From contig CAVXKA010000003.1 of the NCBI GenBank assembly GCA_963762255.1, positions 912,203 through 976,202 of the forward strand: DNA of 64,000 nt. Reading direction: 5' to 3'. Origin of the DNA: Candidatus Eiseniibacteriota bacterium. Lineage in GTDB: Bacteria; Eisenbacteria; RBG-16-71-46; JABDJR01. The notes beneath the pieces were generated by a model. The model saw only the letters and a program-made list of their open reading frames with translations, was not told the DNA's origin and ran no database searches. Below, one piece after another: positions 9,824-18,526 of this stretch. Positions within the stretch are counted from its first letter, which is position 1; each line of letters begins with the position of its first letter. Both the position numbers and the translations under genes were made by a program.

Positions 9824-11079
9824 GCGCGAATCGGCCCGACCCCGTCGCGACGAGCACGAACCCGCCCGGTCCCGGGGCGGGGCCGCGCCGACCGCGGCGC
9901 GCGCTGCACCTGGTCTACAGCCACTACGCGAGCGATCCCCGCACGCGCCGCCAGGCCGAAGCGCTGCGCGACGCGGGGTGGGAAGTGACCGTGCGCTGTC
10001 TCGCGCGCGAAGGCGAACCGACGCGGACCGCGCTCGACGGAGTGCGGGTACACGCGACGTACGTCCCGCGCTACCGGGGGCGATCGCTCCTCAGATACCT
10101 GCGCTCCTACGGACGGTTCCTGGCCGGCGCCGCCGCCGAGCTGGCCGCCCATCCGCGTCGCTACGACTTCGTGCACGTGCACAGCCTCCCCGACTTCGCC
10201 GTGCACGCCGCGCACCCCGCGCGATGGAGCGGCGTTGGCGTCGTGCTCGACATCCACGATCTCGTGCCGGAACTCTTCATCGAGCGCTTCGGGACCGAGC
10301 GCGCGTGGGCACTACGGTTGGCGAAACTCTCAGAGCGACTGAGCTGCGCCTCGGCGACGCATGTGTTGACCGCCAACGAACAGTTCCGGGAGCGGCTGAT
10401 TGCGCGAGGTATCTCCGCGGAGAAGATCTCGCTCAACCTGAACCTGCCCGACGAGAAGGTGTTCTGGCGCGACGATCCGCCCGCGCCGCCGCAGACGCCG
10501 GTGCTGGCTTATCACGGCACGCTGGTGCCTCGGTATGGACCCGACCTGCTGCTGGAAGCGGCGGCCCGGCTCGTGCCGCGGTTTCCAGATCTCACCGTGC
10601 GGATCGTGGGTGACGGGGATCAGCGCGAGGAGTTGGTGCGCCGCGCGGGGCAGCTCGATCTCGCCGGCCGCGTGTGGATGAGCCCCGATCGCGTGCCGAT
10701 CCACGGCATCCCCGACGCGCTCGGGCAGGTCAGCGTGGGCGTGGTGGCCAACCGCCCCGACAGCTTCTCGCGGCTCGTGCTGCCGACCAAACTCCTCGAG
10801 TACCTCGCGCTCGGGATTCCTGCGGTGGTGACGCGCACCGAGACCACCGACTACTACTTCGAGCCCGGCGAGCTGACCACGGTGGAGCGCCCGGACGCGG
10901 ATTCCCTGGCGCAAGCGATCGCGCCGCTTCTGGCGGATCCCGCCGAGGCCCGCCGTTCTCTCGACCGCGCCCGCCGATTCTTCACCCGCCACGCCTGGGA
11001 GCGGGAGCGCGCGGAGTACGTGGCGCTGGCCGAGCGCCTGGCGCGGCGGACTACTCCTTCTTCGGCGGTCCCGGAATAA
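9820..11079 (+). CDS. Glycosyltransferase family 4
   Basis: ATG overlaps the GT2 stop (ATGA); DPRTRRQAEAL, LDIHDLVPE, PTKLLEY. Confidence 0.88.
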   Translation: MSANRPDPVATSTNPPGPGAGPRRPRRALHLVYSHYASDPRTRRQAEALRDAGWEVTVRCLAREGEPTRTALDGVRVHATYVPRYRGRSLLRYLRSYGRFLAGAAAELAAHPRRYDFVHVHSLPDFAVHAAHPARWSGVGVVLDIHDLVPELFIERFGTERAWALRLAKLSERLSCASATHVLTANEQFRERLIARGISAEKISLNLNLPDEKVFWRDDPPAPPQTPVLAYHGTLVPRYGPDLLLEAAARLVPRFPDLTVRIVGDGDQREELVRRAGQLDLAGRVWMSPDRVPIHGIPDALGQVSVGVVANRPDSFSRLVLPTKLLEYLALGIPAVVTRTETTDYYFEPGELTTVERPDADSLAQAIAPLLADPAEARRSLDRARRFFTRHAWERERAEYVALAERLARRTTPSSAVPE

Positions 11080-11937
11080 TCACTTCGAGCGCCAGACTCC
11101 AGCCCCGCTCACCGTCCAACCGCCAGATGTGTAGGTAGGAACCTGGGCCGTCGGCGTTCGGGTCCGCTGGGACGGGCGCTGCGGTACCGTAGCTGTAGCC
11201 GAAATCTCCGGAGGAGGATCCGCCTGCGCCGATCGGCGTGCAGCTCCAGGAGCCCCCGCGCGCGGCCAGCTCGCGAGCCGCGGTGTCCCGACCCACCCAC
11301 GGCGGGGCGCCGTCCCGATACACGCGCACATCGTCGGTCGCGGCGTCGGCGAGCACCGTCGAGAAACTATCCTCGGTGGCGGCATCAGCGAGCATCTGGT
11401 CTCCTCATCGAGGACCGCGGTCGCGGGATCGGCGCAGCGGAGAACGCCCGCCGAGGCACGAAGGATGGGGACCTCTCGCACGACCACGCTGTCGAGCGGC
11501 GCCGGGAGCCCGATGCCGATGTCGGCCAGCACCTTCCACCCCGAGTCGGGCGTCGCATGCCAGACCGAGATGTAGTAGCCCCACGCGATCGCTTTCCCCT
11601 CGGGGCCGCCCTCGCGATACTCCCAGGGGCCGGTCGTGTACCCCAAGTCCCCCGCCTCTGCGATCTCCGCGTGGACCGGTTGCCAGATCAACGCCCCCGG
11701 GCGGGACGGGCGCTCGCGATAGAACGCCTTCCCGTTGACCGGCTGCGGACGGAACACGACGCCGTCGTCGTCGAGAAACTCCAGGAACGCCTCCCGCATT
11801 CCCTTCTCCACGGAAGCCCGCGCGAAGGCGCGCTCGGCGTCAACGATGGACTGCGCTTCAGCAGGAGCGCCCTCGACTCGGTTCGCGGCAAAGCCTCCGA
11901 CCAGGAGCACGACGGCAACGCACGGCTTCAGGATCAT
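11051..11937 (-). pseudogene. Secreted tandem DUF4440/NTF2-like protein with a frameshift near 11400
   Basis: Domain 1 (AERAFA...GDLGYTTGPW...YISVW) is in ORF 11080-12015. Domain 2 (GDFGYSYG...YLHIWR) is in a different frame (11051-11395). Confidence 0.7.
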
Positions 11938-11942
11938 TCGTC

Positions 11943-12746
11943 CTACCCCCTGATGAAGATCATTTGATACAGCGTGAGCAGTATCTCGAACACGATGAGG
12001 ATGACGATGTACCACTCCACGCGAAGCATGCGCGAGTCCTGCATCAGCTCGAGGACCGTGTTCGCCGTGCGCGAGACGAGCTCGAGCTTGCGCTCCAGGA
12101 TCTCATGGCGTTCGCGGATCTCGAACTCGTCCTCCAGCCGCTGGTAGAGACGCTCGAGATCGGGGCGCTCCCAGAGCACGTCGGGCTTGTCCCCCACCGC
12201 CACCCGCCCGATCATCTTTTGTTCGCTGGAGAGGGTCCCGCCGATGAGCTTGAGCAGTTCGCGCCCGTGGTGGCGTCCGCGCTTGCGGCGCTCGAGCCCG
12301 GTGGCGAAGGGCTCGATGAGGTCGAAGGCCTGGGCGATCGTGGCCTCGTTGCGGGCCAGCGCCACGCTCTTCCCGAGGATGTCGGCAAGCAACTGGAGGC
12401 GCTCGACGGTGCCGTCGATGAAGTAGATCGCGCCCCCCTCCATGCGCTCCTGCGCGGCGGGATCGACCCGGATCTCCACCGATTCGGTCTCGGGCTGGGG
12501 ATACGGCTGCCCGACGAGCGGCTTCAAGGCCGCGAGGAAGGAGGCTTCCTCCATGGGGGCGACGTCGAAGAGCACGACAGCCCCGTACCGGAAGAGCACG
12601 GCCACCCCACCCCCCTGAACGCTGACGGTGAGCGGGGCGGGAGCGATGCGGTCGGTGGCCTCCAGGGCACGCAGGTCGATGCGTTCTCCGAGAAGCAGCG
12701 CCCGACCGGTAACGGTAGATTTCGCGATCGACAGGCCCTTGTCCAT
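11943..12746 (-). CDS. RMD1/DUF155 family protein
   Basis: LFRYGAVVLF, KPDVLWE, EFEIRER, RVEWYIVILIVFEI C-terminal TM. Confidence 0.85.
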   Translation of the reverse strand: MDKGLSIAKSTVTGRALLLGERIDLRALEATDRIAPAPLTVSVQGGGVAVLFRYGAVVLFDVAPMEEASFLAALKPLVGQPYPQPETESVEIRVDPAAQERMEGGAIYFIDGTVERLQLLADILGKSVALARNEATIAQAFDLIEPFATGLERRKRGRHHGRELLKLIGGTLSSEQKMIGRVAVGDKPDVLWERPDLERLYQRLEDEFEIRERHEILERKLELVSRTANTVLELMQDSRMLRVEWYIVILIVFEILLTLYQMIFIRG

Positions 12747-12823
12747 GGGATACCCCCCCCTCTCTCGGATTCTCACCCCAGGGTAGCGCTTCCGATTGAC
12801 CGTGTCGCGTGCGCGGGATGAGA

Positions 12824-13459
12824 ATGGCGCGCATGATTGCGCCCAAGTTCCCCCTCGAGGACCGTGCGGTTCTCGGCTGGTACCCCGCCGAGAACGTGCT
12901 CCTGAACCTGCACGGGGACTACGACTACCTGACCGCCGGCTACTACATCTCCCAGGACCTGGAATCGCAGGGATACCCGGTCGCTCCCACCTGTCTCGAG
13001 ATCCTCGACGGGTATGTCACCCCGCTCATGCTGGAGAAGGCGCGCCTCGCCGGGATCCCGGTGCCCAACTACTACCTCACCAACGGCTACTTCGAACCCC
13101 CGGTGATCGTGGACCCCGTCAACCCCTTCATGTCGGGGCACAGCATCGTCCTCAAGCGGGGGCACCAGGAGCGAGTGGCCAAGTCCATGTCCCGCAACTC
13201 CACCTACGCCATCTGTTGTCAGGAACTCCCCGCCGGCGCGCAGGTCCGCGCGTTCCGCGCGGTGCTCGGATGGTCGGGCGACAAGCGATACCGAGAGCTC
13301 GCCGCGGCGATTTGGCGGGTCTTCCGCATCCCGGTCGCGGTCGTGCGCGTGGTGATCGGCGACGACGGCCGCCCGCTGTTGAGCGCCATGCAGCCGCTCA
13401 CCAAGCTCAAGGCGAAGGAGCGCGCCTACCTCAACCGGGTGGTGACATGGCCCGCATAG
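12824..13459 (+). CDS. RimK-like ATP-grasp N-terminal (RLAN) domain protein
   Basis: NLHGDYDYLTAGYYIS...YPVAPT resembles RLAN; overlaps the following ATP-grasp gene. Confidence 0.7.
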   Translation: MARMIAPKFPLEDRAVLGWYPAENVLLNLHGDYDYLTAGYYISQDLESQGYPVAPTCLEILDGYVTPLMLEKARLAGIPVPNYYLTNGYFEPPVIVDPVNPFMSGHSIVLKRGHQERVAKSMSRNSTYAICCQELPAGAQVRAFRAVLGWSGDKRYRELAAAIWRVFRIPVAVVRVVIGDDGRPLLSAMQPLTKLKAKERAYLNRVVTWPA

Positions 13460-14331
13460 GCGTCTACATCGAGCGCTACACGGTGAACCGCTCGGAGGAG
13501 ATGGAAGCGCTCATGCGCTTCGGATGGGAGGCGCAGCGCCTCGGCCATCACATGGAGTTCCTCTTCCGGACGGACGTCTACAAGATCCCCCAGTTCGACG
13601 GGCTCTTCATCCGTGCGCTCACCGATCCACTGAACTCCTCGTTCGTGGCGTCGCGCACCGCGGAGCTGCACGGGCTGCGCGTGATCGACGACTCCCTCTC
13701 GATCCTCATCTGCTGCGACAAGATCAACATGTACCGGCATCTGATCCAGGCCAAGGTGCCGCTGCCGGACACCGTGTTCCTGCGCGAGGCCGATGTGACG
13801 CAGGCCAAGGGCGAGGAGCTGCTGGATACGCTGGGCTCCCCGCTCGTGCTCAAGGCGCCCAACTCCTCGTTCTCGCTCTACGTGGACCGGGTGAGCCGCC
13901 CCAGGGATTTCGTGAAGACGGGAAAGCGCTACTTGCGCCGCGCCGACCGTATCCTCGCCCAGCGCTTCGTCGCCTCCGAGTTCGACTGGCGCGTGGGCAT
14001 TCTCGCCGGGGAAGTCCTCTATGTATGCCAGTACGGCATTCCCAAGCGCCGCTGGAAAATCATGACCTACACCGAGAGCGGCCGTGTGATTTCCGGTCCG
14101 GTGCGGGCGATGACTCCCGCCGAGGTGAGCCCGGCGCTGCTCGACACCGCGCGCGCGGCCGCGGCCGCGATCGGCAAGGGGCTCTACGGTATCGACATCA
14201 AGCAGAGCGGCGACGCCTTCAGCGTGATCGAGGTGAACGACAATCCCACCATTGCGGTGGGAGAAGAGGACAAGGCCGCCCCGGATCTCTACGAGCGAAT
14301 CGTCCGCTACCTGGCCGGCGAGTGGGGATAG
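13447..14331 (+). CDS. RimK-family ATP-grasp amidoligase
   Basis: VIDD..SILICCDKI, PLVLKAPNSSFS, DWRVGIL, YGIDIK, IEVNDNP. Confidence 0.88.
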   Translation: MARIGVYIERYTVNRSEEMEALMRFGWEAQRLGHHMEFLFRTDVYKIPQFDGLFIRALTDPLNSSFVASRTAELHGLRVIDDSLSILICCDKINMYRHLIQAKVPLPDTVFLREADVTQAKGEELLDTLGSPLVLKAPNSSFSLYVDRVSRPRDFVKTGKRYLRRADRILAQRFVASEFDWRVGILAGEVLYVCQYGIPKRRWKIMTYTESGRVISGPVRAMTPAEVSPALLDTARAAAAAIGKGLYGIDIKQSGDAFSVIEVNDNPTIAVGEEDKAAPDLYERIVRYLAGEWG

Positions 14332-14335
14332 GGTC

Positions 14336-15433
14336 ATGACGATTCGCGTGCGGCGCGCCACGGAGAACGACGTCGACGCGCTCGTGCGTCTGGAGGAGGT
14401 GTTCCCCAGCGACCGGTTCGACGCCAAGCACATCCGGTACCACATGGGGCGGTCGGACTCCACGGTGTTCGTGCTCGACGACGACGGCGCGATTGCGGGT
14501 TCGGCCTTCGTGCTCTGGCGGCGCAACATGGGTCTGGCGCGCCTCTACTCCATCGCCGTCGATCCTTCCCGGCAGGGCGGCGGACTCGGGGCCATACTCC
14601 TCGACGCGGCGGAGAGGGCGGCGCAGCGAAGAGGCCTCGGGGGGATGATCCTCGAAGTGCGCGAGGACAACCTGAGCGCCAGGCAGTTCTACGAGAACCG
14701 CGGCTACCGGGTGACGGCAAAGCTCTCCCGCTACTACGAGGACGACGCCCCCGGGGTGCGCATGGCCAAGCGACTTCTGGAGGAGTCGATCCCGGACGTG
14801 CGCCTGGAGGTGCCCTACTACGGCCAGACCCAGGAGTTCACCTGCGGCCCCGCCTGCCTGATGATGGCGATGAAGCGCGCCGACCCGGGGCTCGCCCTGA
14901 CCCGCACCCTCGAGTTCATGTTGTGGAAGGAAGCGACGCTCATCTTCATGACGTCGGGTGTCGGGGGGTGCGGGCCGATGGGGCTCTCGGTCGCGGCGCG
15001 CCGGCGCGGCTTTCACGTGGAGGCCGCGGTGAGCAGCCGCCGGGTCCCGTTCCTCTCCTCGGTCCGCGCTCGCGAGAAGAAGGAAGTGATCACGCTAGTC
15101 CATCACGAACTGCGACGTGAGGCGATCGAGCTCGGAGTCGAGGTGGATACCTTCGGCTTCGGCCTCCCCACCCTCAGCAATGGAATGCGCCGCGGTTTGG
15201 TGCCGATCGTGCTCATCAGCACGTTCCGCCTCCACAAGATCCGGTCGCCGCACTGGGTGGTGGTGACCGGTCTCGACCGCGAGCGCGTGACGATCCACGA
15301 TCCCTACGAGGCGTTCTACGTCCACGACAGCCGCAAGGGGCGCGACGTCGTGGTGACGCGCGACGAGTTCGTGCGCATGACCTCGTTCGGGGCGGGCGGG
15401 TTCCGAGCGGTGGTGATGGTGGGGGCGGGGTGA
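14336..15433 (+). CDS. GNAT acetyltransferase fused to peptidase C39-like (DUF3335-type) domain
   Basis: RLYSIAVDP..QGGGLG, LEVREDN..A..FY; then YYGQTQEFTCGPACLMMAM, PHWVVVTG, IHDP (Cys-His-Asp). Confidence 0.88.
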   Translation: MTIRVRRATENDVDALVRLEEVFPSDRFDAKHIRYHMGRSDSTVFVLDDDGAIAGSAFVLWRRNMGLARLYSIAVDPSRQGGGLGAILLDAAERAAQRRGLGGMILEVREDNLSARQFYENRGYRVTAKLSRYYEDDAPGVRMAKRLLEESIPDVRLEVPYYGQTQEFTCGPACLMMAMKRADPGLALTRTLEFMLWKEATLIFMTSGVGGCGPMGLSVAARRRGFHVEAAVSSRRVPFLSSVRAREKKEVITLVHHELRREAIELGVEVDTFGFGLPTLSNGMRRGLVPIVLISTFRLHKIRSPHWVVVTGLDRERVTIHDPYEAFYVHDSRKGRDVVVTRDEFVRMTSFGAGGFRAVVMVGAG

Positions 15434-15488
15434 TTTGCCGGGTGGAATTCTGACTGCCAACTCGAGGACGGAAGTGCTTGTCCTGCTA

Positions 15489-15517
15489 GGCCTCAAACCC
15501 GCGACGGCCACCTTGGC
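15489..15517 (-). repeat. Degenerate tRNA-Gly fragment (T-arm to anticodon)
   Basis: ggcctcaaacccgcgacggccaccttggc matches tRNA positions 18315-18343 at 25/29 nt. Confidence 0.75.
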
Positions 15518-15549
15518 GGAGCGGAACGCCTACTCTGGCTGCGTTCGAC

Positions 15550-17448
15550 TCAATCCAGCACCACGAACTTTCTCGTCTCGTCGATGCCGGGACCGGTGAG
15601 GCGGTAGAGGTAGATGCCTGAGGGCATTTCACCGCGCTCCAGGGTGATGGCGTTCTCCCCTTCGTGAATCTCGATCTGATCCGCTTGGCGAACAAGCCGA
15701 CCCCCGACCGAAAACACCGCTAGCCGACCCATTCCATGCGCAGATGAAGCGAACCCGATGCGTGTGCTCCTGGAGAATGGATTCGGGCTGCTCTGAAGCG
15801 TCGGTCTCAAATCCGGTGGAGAATCCTCGACACCCGTCACCGTACCGATCCGGAGGAGCTCGATCCCGTCCCCCGTTCCCAGATTCCGGCTGTACTGCAT
15901 GTCCACCGGGTTGTTCCAATGCTCGTGAACGCCCAGGCTCGGCAAGCGCTCGACGTCGCCGGCATGATTCGGATCGTAGAAAGTCCCCGACGGCGGATCG
16001 TCGGCTTGGGCCGCCTCGTGCAGGTAGTCGTCGGCCCCGGGGAGCTTGGGGTAGTTCCGGGGATCGCCCTCCTCCTGCATGAGGTCGAAGCAGACCGAAT
16101 CCAGCGCGATCGGGTCCTGGGAGGCAAACAGGCTCGAGGTCCAGTCCCCATTGAAGGGCGGAGCATCCCAGCGTCGCGGCGCGACGTCGTCGGGATGCAC
16201 TCCCGAGTAGAGGCCGTCGATCAGACAGAGCACCGTCTTTTCGCCCAGGTGCGCGTGTCCCAGAAGATCGACCAGAGCTCGGTACTGACCGGTAGCCGGG
16301 GCGAGATTGGCCAGGCTGAGGTGCATATCGAAGTAGGCGGAGTCCATCGGGATCCGGGCCAGCGAGCCATAGTGATTCTTGGCGCTCAGGGTCACTCCGG
16401 CATGGCTATGGCTCTTGAAATTGGCCATGTTGATCAGGTACGCAGCCTCGACATAGCAAGCGGGCACGTAGTCCGGGATCACGCCCGCCGGGTGAGTACT
16501 CCAGTGCACGGGGACATCCGAAAGCGGCACACCGGTGCGGGGGTGCTCGGCGTTGCCGCCATAGTAGTCAAGGTAGCGTACATCTGGAAACTCGGCGTGG
16601 AGCGACGAGTAGTACTCGTTCGGAAACAAACAAAGGGGGTCACCAACCGAGATGTCGGCCGGGGAGACGTTGACCACGTACACCAACTGGCGCAAGAGAG
16701 CCAGAATCATCTGGGGTGACGTGTTCATGTAGTCCGGATCGTGGATCATGTCGTAGCTATTCTCGTCGGTCCCTCCCCAAAGGTAGTGGCACCCCACGAA
16801 GTTGACCTTGATGACGATCCTCTCTCCAGGGGAATAGCCGACGTCCCCGGCTCCACGCGATAGGTTGAAATACCGGAACAGGTGGTTCCAGGCTCCGGCG
16901 TCGGAGACCTGGTCGGTAAGCCCGCGTAGCGACCCGGACATCATCTGGTCCACGACAGCCTGGTCCGTGTGCGTGCTCTCCCACCAGTGTCCGTCACCCG
17001 GACCATCCCAGTCGGTCGCGGCGGGATCATGCACCCAGACGACCCGTCCCGGTTTGACCCCCTTGGCCACACCAATCGGAGCATTCGGAACCGGGGGATC
17101 AGCCCAGACCGGCGTCCCCGAGGGCGCCATCAGGGTCGCAACTCCGATGGCTGCCGCACCCACGAGAAAGATGCCCGCCAGCACGACGTGCGAATGCCCC
17201 CACAGCCGGCGTGCCTTGCGGTAGGCGCATGCCGAAGTAAGCAATCCAATCAGCCACAGCACAAAGCCGCCCGCAAGGGGGGCGGCGGCGCGCTGGCAGG
17301 GATAGGAAGCCCGGGAGGGTTTGGGGACTACGCGAACGAGGTACCAAGCCAGGGCCGCCAGCCCCACCGACGGTAGCAGCCACCGGGCCGGGTGCTTGTC
17401 GACCTCATCTCCGCGGCGATGGTGCTGCCTCCGACAGACTGCGCGCAT
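15550..17448 (-). CDS. DUF362 domain protein with C-terminal FlgD/CTD-like Ig tail
   Basis: IVIKVNFV, LINMANFKSH..GVTLSAKNHYG, SQDPIALD; tail SSPNPFS...GIYLYRL...KFVVLD. Confidence 0.8.
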   Translation of the reverse strand: MRAVCRRQHHRRGDEVDKHPARWLLPSVGLAALAWYLVRVVPKPSRASYPCQRAAAPLAGGFVLWLIGLLTSACAYRKARRLWGHSHVVLAGIFLVGAAAIGVATLMAPSGTPVWADPPVPNAPIGVAKGVKPGRVVWVHDPAATDWDGPGDGHWWESTHTDQAVVDQMMSGSLRGLTDQVSDAGAWNHLFRYFNLSRGAGDVGYSPGERIVIKVNFVGCHYLWGGTDENSYDMIHDPDYMNTSPQMILALLRQLVYVVNVSPADISVGDPLCLFPNEYYSSLHAEFPDVRYLDYYGGNAEHPRTGVPLSDVPVHWSTHPAGVIPDYVPACYVEAAYLINMANFKSHSHAGVTLSAKNHYGSLARIPMDSAYFDMHLSLANLAPATGQYRALVDLLGHAHLGEKTVLCLIDGLYSGVHPDDVAPRRWDAPPFNGDWTSSLFASQDPIALDSVCFDLMQEEGDPRNYPKLPGADDYLHEAAQADDPPSGTFYDPNHAGDVERLPSLGVHEHWNNPVDMQYSRNLGTGDGIELLRIGTVTGVEDSPPDLRPTLQSSPNPFSRSTRIGFASSAHGMGRLAVFSVGGRLVRQADQIEIHEGENAITLERGEMPSGIYLYRLTGPGIDETRKFVVLD

Positions 17449-17576
17449 GGCATCTCCTGGAAGGTGCGGGAAGACAACTCTACCATGGCATCGGACCCAT
17501 TTGCGGCATGGCGGGGCGAAGCGAAGTGACGTCTGGCTCGCGGCGAGGCCGTGCTGAAGATGGTCGACCCGTTGAA

Positions 17577-17593
17577 AAGATGGAGCGGAAGAC
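17577..17593. repeat. att-like direct repeat of the tRNA-Gly 3' end
   Basis: aagatggagcggaagac is identical to 18297-18313. Confidence 0.85.
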
Positions 17594-17747
17594 AGACCGG
17601 AACAAGCTCGTAGGAAACCGCCGGAGGACGGCTTCGTGAGCTACTCCTCCGTCTCGCTGAAGCAGAACCGAGCCTGAAGAACGCCGCAGCCGGCATCCGC
17701 CGCAGACCCCGTCGAAAGGGCAAACCCTAGGTTCCACCAGTTCCCCC

Positions 17748-17772
17748 TTATGGTATACTTTTTATACCGTAA
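17748..17772. promoter_or_regulatory. Inverted repeat upstream of brnT, likely TA autorepression operator
   Basis: TTATGGTATA-5 nt-TATACCGTAA (9/10 paired) in an AT-rich patch just before the GGAGG RBS. Confidence 0.6.
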
Positions 17773-17793
17773 TGGCGTACATCGGAGGTAACG

Positions 17794-18054
17794 GTGCTCT
17801 TCGAGTTCGATGAAGCCAAGAGTCGCAGCAACAAGGCAAAGCACGGCATCGACTTCGTCAAGGCCGAGGCCCTGTGGCTCGACGACAGGCTCATCGAGGT
17901 CCCGGTCCGTACCGAGGATGAGCCGCGGTTCGTGGTGATCGGGATGATCGGTGGCAAGCACTGGTCAGCGGTGATCACCTACCGCGAAGACAGAATCCGA
18001 CTGATCTCCGTCCGCCGGTCGCGCGACGAGGAGGTGGCGCTTTATGAAGGCTAG
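17794..18054 (+). CDS. brnT: BrnT family toxin (type II TA ribonuclease)
   Basis: FEFDEAKSRSNKAKHGIDF, EPRFVVIG, IRLISVRR. Confidence 0.9.
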   Translation: MLFEFDEAKSRSNKAKHGIDFVKAEALWLDDRLIEVPVRTEDEPRFVVIGMIGGKHWSAVITYREDRIRLISVRRSRDEEVALYEG

Positions 18055-18272
18055 GGAGTTCGACAAGAAGTTCGATGCCGGCAAGGAACGTCATGAGCGA
18101 CCTAGACGTGTCGAGTGCCCGTAGGCCCCTTCAGGAAGCCCGACGTGTGAACGTGGACTTCCCCTCCTGGATGGTCGACTCGCTCGACCGCGAGGCCGAG
18201 CGTCTCGGCGTGACGCGCCAGTCCGTCATCAAGATCTGGATCGCGGAGCGGCTCGAGCGCAAGGTGTCGTAG
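18044..18272 (+). pseudogene. brnA: BrnA/CopG-type antitoxin with a +1 frameshift near 18086
   Basis: ATG 18044 gives MKAREFDKKFDAGK and then hits a stop at 18122-18124. The rest (DLDVSSARRP...RVNVDFPSWM...RQSVIKIWIAERL, RHH) is in the +1 frame. Confidence 0.7.
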
Positions 18273-18300
18273 CGCTTCGCGCCGTCACGATTGAAGAAGA

Positions 18301-18376
18301 TGGAGCGGAAGACGGGACTCGAACCCGCGACAACCACCTTGGCAAGGTGGAGCTCTACCAACTGAGCTACTTCCGC
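18301..18376 (-). tRNA. tRNA-Gly(GCC)
   Basis: GCGGAAGTAGCTCAGTTGGTAGAGCTCCACCTTGCCAAGGTGGTTGTCGCGGGTTCGAGTCCCGTCTTCCGCTCCA: cloverleaf, GCC anticodon, encoded CCA. Confidence 0.97.
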
Positions 18377-18526
18377 TCTCTCAAGGCGGGCCAAGACTCT
18401 ATCGGCACCGGGGGGGGCGAGTCAACTCGTTTTTGACCGCGCGGCGCCCCAACCCTATACTCTGGCGTCGCTTGCCCAGCCTCCCGACTCCGGGGGCCGC
18501 GGCCACGTTCCAACGGAGGTCAGCGC

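Larger units (their letters stand above)
17577..18313. mobile_element. Integrase-less islet at tRNA-Gly carrying a BrnTA module
   Basis: 17-bp direct repeats 720 bp apart enclose only the toxin-antitoxin pair. Confidence 0.6.

Noticed and set aside
17700-17740. GAAAGGGCAAACC resembling a c-di-GMP-I riboswitch start
   Set aside because: No downstream GACGCAAAG or second hairpin with tetraloop receptor.
18131-18394. 87-aa minus-strand ORF
   Set aside because: Overlaps tRNA-Gly and antisense brnA; spurious.
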